Of a DNA stretch of 64,000 nt, positions 57,492 through 64,000 are shown in pieces. The position numbers were made by a program, and so were the translations under genes. The notes under the pieces were generated by a model that was not told the DNA's origin, did not search any database, and saw only the letters and a program-made list of their open reading frames with translations. The DNA is from the human T2T-CHM13v2.0 reference genome, Homo sapiens. Location of the stretch: NCBI RefSeq assembly GCF_009914755.1, contig NC_060942.1. One strand, written 5' to 3'. Numbering within the stretch: position 1 is the first letter of the stretch; each line of letters opens with the position of its first letter.

Positions 57492-60400
57492 ACTATACCC
57501 TAGAACAAATGGACTTAATGGATATTAACAGACCATTTACCAAACAACCACAGAATATACATTCTATTCATTAGCATATGGAACATTCTCCAAAATAGAC
57601 TATATGATCTATTGAGACAAAACAAGTCTCAATAAATTTAAGACAACTGAAATTATATCAAGTACTCTCACTGACCACAGTGGAACAAAATTGGAAATCA
57701 GCTCTAAAAGGAACCTTCAAAACCATGAAAATACAAGAAAATTAAATAACCCACTCCTGAATGATCACTGGGTCAACAAAGAAATCAAGAAGGAAATTTA
57801 CAAATTCTTTGAACTGAATGATAATAGTGACACAACCTATGAACACCTCTGGGATACAACAAAGATAGTGCTAAGAGGAAATTTCATAGCCTTAAATGCC
57901 TACGTCAGAAAGTCTGAAAGAGCACAAATAGACAATCTAAGGTCATGCCTCAAGGAACTAGAGAAACAAGAATAAACTAAGCAGAAGAAAAGAAATAACC
58001 AAGATCAGAGCACAACTAAATGAAATTGAAACAAACAACAAAAAAATACAAAAGATAAATGAAATAAAAAGCTGGTTCTTTGAAAAGATAAAATTAATAG
58101 ACCATTATTGAGATTAACCAAGAAGAGAAGAGGTAAGATGCAAATAAGCTCGATTAGAAACAAAATGGGAGATATTACAACTGACATCACAGAAATACAA
58201 AAGACCATTCAAGGCCACTATGAATACCTTTATACACATAAACTAGAAAACCTAGAGAAGACGGACAAATTCCTGGAAATATACAACCCTCCTAGCTTAA
58301 ACCAGAAAGAATTAGAATCCCTGAACAGACCAATAACAATCAGCAAGATTGAAATGGTAATTTTTAAAAATTGCCAATAAAAACAAGTCCAAGACCAGAT
58401 GGACTCACGGTTGAATTCTATCAGACATTCAAAGAAGAATTGGTACCAATCCTATTGACACTATTCCAGAAGATAGAGAAAGAGATAATCCTCCCTAAAT
58501 TATTCTATGAAGCCAGCATAACCCTAATGCCAAAACCAGGAAAGGACATAACAACAAAAGAAAACTACAGAACAATTGCCCTGATGAATATAGATGTAAA
58601 AATCCTTAACAAAATACTAGCTAACCAAATCCAACAACATATCTAAAAGATAATCCACCATGATCAAGTGGGTTTCATACCAGGGATGCAGGGATGATTT
58701 AACATACACAAGTCAATAACTGTGATACACCACATAAAATTAAAAAAAAAATCACATGATCATCTCAATAGATGCAGAAAAGGCGTTTGAAAAAATCCAG
58801 CATTCCTTTACGGTTAAAATCCTTAGCAAAATTGGCATACAAGGTACATACCTCAATGCAATAAAAGCCATCTATGACAACCCACGGCCAGCATAGTACT
58901 GAATGGGGAAAAGTTGAAAGTATTCCTTCTGAGAACTGGAACAATACAAGGATCCCCACTCTCACCACTTCTATTCAACACAGTACTGGATACCCAGAGC
59001 AATCAGACAAGAGAAAGAAATAAAGGGCATCCAAATTGGTAAAGAGAAAGTCAAAATATTGCTCTTTGCTGATGATATGATCACATACCTAGAAAACCCT
59101 AAAGACTTCTCCAAAAATCTCCTGGAACAGATAAATGAATCCAACAGAGTTTCAGGATACAAAATTAATGCACACATGTCGGTAGCTCTGCTATACACCA
59201 ACAACAACCAAGCTGAGAATCAAATCAAGAACACGACCCCTTTTACGGTAGCTGCAAAAAATAAAATAAAATACTTAGGAATATACCTAACCAAGGAGGT
59301 AAAATACCTCTACAAGGAAAACTACAAAACACTACTGAAAGAAATCATAGACAACACAAACAAATGGAAACACATCCCATGCTCATGGATTGGTAGAATC
59401 AATATCATGAAATTGACCATATTGCCAACAGCAATCTACAGATTCAATGCAATTCCCATTAAAATACCACCATAATTCTTCACAGAACTAGAAAACACAA
59501 TCCTAAAATTCACAGGGAACCAAAAAAAAGAGCCTGCACAGCCAAACCAACCCTAAGCAAAACACAAATCTGGAGGCATCACATTACCTAACTTCAAACT
59601 ATACTATGAGGCATAGTCACCAAAATGGCATGTTACTGGTATAAAAATAGGCATATAGATCAATGGAACAGAATAGAGGACCTAGAAATAAAGCCAAATA
59701 CTTACAGCCAACTTATCTTCAACAAAGAAAACAAAAACATAAAGTGGGTAAAGGAAACCCTATTCAACAAATGGTGCTGAGATAATTGGCAAGCCACGTG
59801 TAGAAGAATGAAACTGTATCCTCATCTCTCACCTTATATAAAATCAACTCAAGATGGGTCAAAGACTTAAATCTAAGACCTGAAACCATAAAGATTCCAG
59901 AAGATAACATCAGAAAAACCTTTCTAGACATTGGCTTAGACAAAGATTTCATGACCAAGAACCCAAAAGTAAATGCAACAAAAACAATGATAAATAAGTG
60001 GGAATTAATTAAACTAAAAAGTTTCTGCACAGCAAAAGAAACAATCAGCAGCGTAAACAAACAAACCACAGAGTGGGAGAAGATCTTCACAATCTATGCA
60101 TCCAACAAAGGACTAATATCCAGAACCTACAAGGAACTCAAACAAATTAGCAAGAAAAAGACAAATAATCCCATCAAAAAATGGACTAAGGACATGAATA
60201 GACAATTCTCAAAAGAAGATATATAAATGGCCAACAAACATATGAAGATGCTCAACATCACTAATGATCCTGGAAATGCAAATCAAAACCACAATTTGAT
60301 ACCACCTTATTCCTGCAAGAATGGCCATAATCAAAAAATAGAAAACATAAATAACATATGTTGGCAGGTGTCCAGTAAATAGGGAACACTTTTACACTGC

Positions 60401-61034
60401 TGGTGGGAATGTAAACTAGTACAATCACTATGGAAAACAGTGTGGAGATTCCTTAAAGAACTAAAAATAGAACGACCATTTGATTCAGCAATCTCACTAC
60501 TAGGTATATACCCAGAGGAAAATAAGTCATTATACAAAAAAGATACTTGCACACTCATGTTTATCACAGCACAATTCACAATTGCAAAAATATGGAACCA
60601 GCCCAAATGCCTATCAATCAGTAAGTGGATAAAGAAATTGTGGTATATATGTATTCCATGGAATACTACTCAGCCATAAAAAGGGACAAAATAATGAATG
60701 GCATTTGCAGCAATCTGGATGGAAATGGAGACCATTATTCTAAGTGAAGTAACCCAGGAATGGAAAATCAAACAACATATATTTTCACTCATAAGTGGGA
60801 GCTAAGCTATGAGGATGCAAAGGCATAAGAATGATACAATGAACATTGGGGACTCAGAGGAAAGGATAGGATGGGGTGAGGGATAAAAGACTACAAATCA
60901 GGTTCAGTGTATACTCCTCCAGTGATGGGTGGACCAAAATCTCACAAATCACCACTAATGAATTTGCTTATGTAACCAAACACCACCTCTTTACAAGAAA
61001 CCTATGGAAATAAAAAAATAAAATAAAATATAAG
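57492..61034 (+). mobile_element. L1PB1-like, 5'-truncated ~3.5 kb, disrupted ORF2
   Basis: ORFs [23 protein letters not shown]; 3'UTR GTGATGGGTGGACCAAAATCTCACAAATCACCACTAA; TSD GAAAAT(T/G)CCAGTTT at 57478-57491 and 61035-61048. Confidence 0.96.
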
Positions 61035-61084
61035 GAAAATGCCAGTTTTCTGAAGTGGGTATATTATTGTGCATTATTCTCATT

Positions 61085-61665
61085 TGTCACTTTTCTCATT
61101 GAAAAACTCTTTCTGACCAAAAAATAAAGTAAAATAAATAGGAGATTCTAATTACTAAAAGAAGAAATGAATGAGCTGCCTTTGCCACTGACATTATAGA
61201 AATAAAAATAATTATAAAAGAATACAATGAACCAAGTTATACAAAAACAACCTAGCTGAAATGAACTCATCCAAACTTTTGAAAAACAGAAGAAAACAGG
61301 AACACATCTCGACTCATTCTATGAAGTCGATATTATGCAGATACTGAGATCAAACAAAGACATCAAAAGAATAGACAACTGCATACCAGTATTTCTTAAG
61401 AATAGCAGTGTAAAAATTTTCAAAAAAAACCCTAAAAACTGCATCTTGCAACATATTAAAAGGATTAGCTGTCATGAACAGGTAAAAATTTAACTCAGTA
61501 ATGCAAAGTTGTTTTCCCATACAAAAATCAGCCATTGAAACACACCATAACAGTAAACTATATAGCAAAGACATTATTGTCTAATAAACACAAAAAAGTA
61601 TTTAACAAAGATCAACAGATTTCATAATAAAAACGTTTAACAAACTAGGATGAGAAAGGGATATG
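61085..61665 (+). mobile_element. Old L1M ORF2 fragment
   Basis: GACTCATTCTATGAAGTC..CAAACAAAGACATC..AACATATTAAAAGGAT..TTAACAAACTAGGA. Confidence 0.7.
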
Positions 61666-61699
61666 AATTAGCTTCCCTAAATTATTTTGATGGCGGCTC

Positions 61700-62150
61700 C
61701 AATGACCCAATGTCCTCTTGTTTTTCTTTGAAAATATTATCTACTGTATACCTCTAATTTTTCCCCTATTTCTCCTTTTTCTCTCACCATCTCTTCCTTT
61801 TTGTTCCTTAACAGTGAGGATTTCTGAAGTTGTCACCTACTTTGTTATGCTTTTATTTCCAGAGAATGTATCTATTCTCAGTTTTTAAATCCATATTTAT
61901 GCCAAATGAATTCCAGACCTGTATTTACATTCTTGTCCTCTCACTAAGGTAGCATTCTTAATTCTCTCACTGCTAATTGAGAATTTAATAATTGTCTTAA
62001 AATTAACACTCCCTAAAAGAAGTTCTAATCTGAATGTCTCTGTTCTGTTTTATAAAACCAGCAAATTGTCTTTCAGAATTAAGCACCCTCTTGGCTTTGT
62101 TTCTGCAGCAATTTCAAATATCAAATAGCCACAAATTTCTAAAAAATTTT
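61700..62150 (+). mobile_element. L2 internal fragment
   Basis: TCCAGACCTGTATTTAC..GTCTTAAAATTAACACTCCCTAAA-type L2 motifs, very diverged. Confidence 0.4.
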
Positions 62151-62217
62151 CATTTAAACTCTAAGACAACTTGGTTCTGTGTATAGACTTCGAGAAAAGT
62201 TAAGATTCTGGGATATT

Positions 62218-62552
62218 CAGTGGACTCCCTTAATCACAAGGTATACATTGAAGATTCTTAGTGGATGTTGGAAATTGAAGATAGTTCTCTACATAGACTA
62301 GGTTAGGTTTTTTGCTATATATATATAACAATAACAAAGTTTAATATATGAATTAGGCACAGTAAAAGGATAACAATAATAATAAAATAGAGTAATTATA
62401 GCAATATGTGACCCTCATTATTCTTGGGCTTTGGGGCAGACTAAAACTTATGAATTATTTCTGGAATTTTCTATTTAATGTTTTACAACTGTGGATGACT
62501 GCAAATAACTGAAACCAGGGAGAATGAAACCTCTGATAAGGGGGGCTACTCT
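62218..62552 (-). mobile_element. MER44 (Tigger7-derived)
   Basis: AAAACTTATGAATTATTTCTGGAATTTTCTATTTAAT..TAACTGAAACC..GATAAGGGGGGCTACT. Confidence 0.85.
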
Positions 62553-63761
62553 ATCTGATAAAATTCTTACATAAAAATATGGAGAAACTTTAGACAAAGA
62601 AAATAAGACTATCATTAGGGTAATTACTTAAATACTTTTATTTATCTTTTTAAGTCTTCCCTAGACATTGTTTAGACTTCCTTACTTGCAAACAAATTAA
62701 CCACCTAAAGTTCTATACTTTAATTCAAACATGCAATCATTTCTCTAGTTATTTTACTGAACTCAAAGTCCTAGAATATGTGGGCATGATGATTCTTATA
62801 GTATCACAGTAGCTTCATTGGTTATAATTTATACCTGACAAATGAGATGTATCTTCATTTTTTTATGCATCCTAGATAATAGAAGGCATGTTCTGCCTTA
62901 ATTTTGACTTCAAGGTTCATTTCTCACTTGTCTGAGCATTGAGAGAATTACTTGGAAATTTGCAGACATTTCTGTTTCTCTGTGCACATTTATATAAAAG
63001 ATGGGGTGCCATACTGTGCTTCTTTATTCCATTTTAGAACTCATACAATTCAGAGAACAGTTATTTTCACAAATTGGTAAATTCTCAGAAATTAAAAATA
63101 AGTAAAAATCAATGTTCAATCTCACAATATAACACTTGTAAACTAAATTCAATTGCTCGTATCACTGTGCATTTTACTTTAAAACTATTTAGTCACTATA
63201 CAAAGCAAAATATAGTTATTGAATATTTAGGTTTACACAGGGCATGCTTCTTTTTCTTAATTTCTACAATGTTCACGGGATGGCTCATCTCCCGTTGTTT
63301 GAATATGAATCCATTTCATAGAAAGTAAGCAGCACTCTACCTGGGGTGAATTCATTTTGTGATCTTTAACATTTCCATTTCTTCAAAATGAGCCAACATC
63401 TGCTCTTCTGAAGATCCAAGTGTGTCATAACTCATGTGATATCTACTTTTGTTGCCAGGATAGCAGCACATTTTAATGAAGTCAACAAATCCAAATGTCA
63501 AATTGTAGATGAAATTGCAAAATGTAGCACTCAATGCCTCAAAATTGCTACATTCCTGTTGCATAAGACACATAGATGGAAATTTATAATTCTTTATGGC
63601 AAAACCCAAACACAGCCCAATTACAGAAGCTGTCTGTTTACTAAGTAATTGACAGCATTTAATTTTCAAACCCTGCTAGGACAAAAAAGTGTCTTTCATG
63701 TTAAACTAATTAATTAGAATTGCATGTAGAATAATATATTTTTGTTAAAAACAATCAAGAA

Positions 63762-64000
63762 GCCAGGCATAGTGGCCCAAGTCTATAGTTCTAGTCCTTT
63801 GAGAGACCAAGGCAGGAGGATTGTCTGAGGCAAGGAGTTGGAGACCAGCCTGGGCATAATAGCAAGACCCAGTCTCTAAAAAATAAAAATAAAAATAAAA
63901 ATAAGATTAGCCAGAACTGGTGCCACATGCCTGTAATCCTAGCTACTCAGGAGACTGGGGTGAGAGGATTTCCTGAGCCTAGGAGTTCAAGGTTGCAGTG
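63762..64000 (+). mobile_element. AluJ, running off the window end
   Basis: GGCAGGAGGATTGTCTGAGGCAAGGAGTT..CAAGGTTGCAGTG. Confidence 0.93.

Noticed and set aside
57691-60679. Second RT-like ORF cluster
   Set aside because: Disrupted L1PB1 ORF2 with many stops and frameshifts.
63352-63669. 105-aa minus ORF ending SEEQMLAHFEEMEMLKITK, considered as a coding exon
   Set aside because: No recognisable family, weak splice signals, and stops in all frames of the candidate exon.

Overview
AT-rich primate genomic DNA (human or another ape, judged from AluY and AluYe-like elements); intergenic or deep-intronic in character. I find no intact protein-coding gene, rRNA, tRNA or CRISPR array. Almost all ORFs in the track are LINE-1 ORF2 remnants, Alu read-throughs or chance ORFs. 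Roughly half the window is transposon-derived: two large 5'-truncated L1s (L1PA5-like 12.3-15.7 kb, L1PB1-like 57.5-61.0 kb), older L1M/L1PB pieces, about 14 Alus or Alu fragments, a decayed ERVL-class provirus with an LTR16-like LTR and tRNA-Leu PBS, MaLR/MLT2 LTRs, Tigger3, MER44 x3, MER20, MIR/L2 and microsatellites. The most unusual item is an ~80-bp uninterrupted fragment of LOXL3 coding sequence (SRCR domain 1) fused, co-oriented, to the 5'-truncated end of an L1PB (8.5-8.6 kb). There are also several locally templated rearrangement scars: a direct plus inverted patchwork at 30-31.2 kb, an inverted templated insertion between 14-bp duplications at 50.9 kb, and a ~150-bp direct duplication at 25.5/26.5 kb. 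Repeat subfamily names come from my recollection of consensus sequences, not from a database search; boundaries of old elements are approximate. I do not see evidence for a new multi-gene system.
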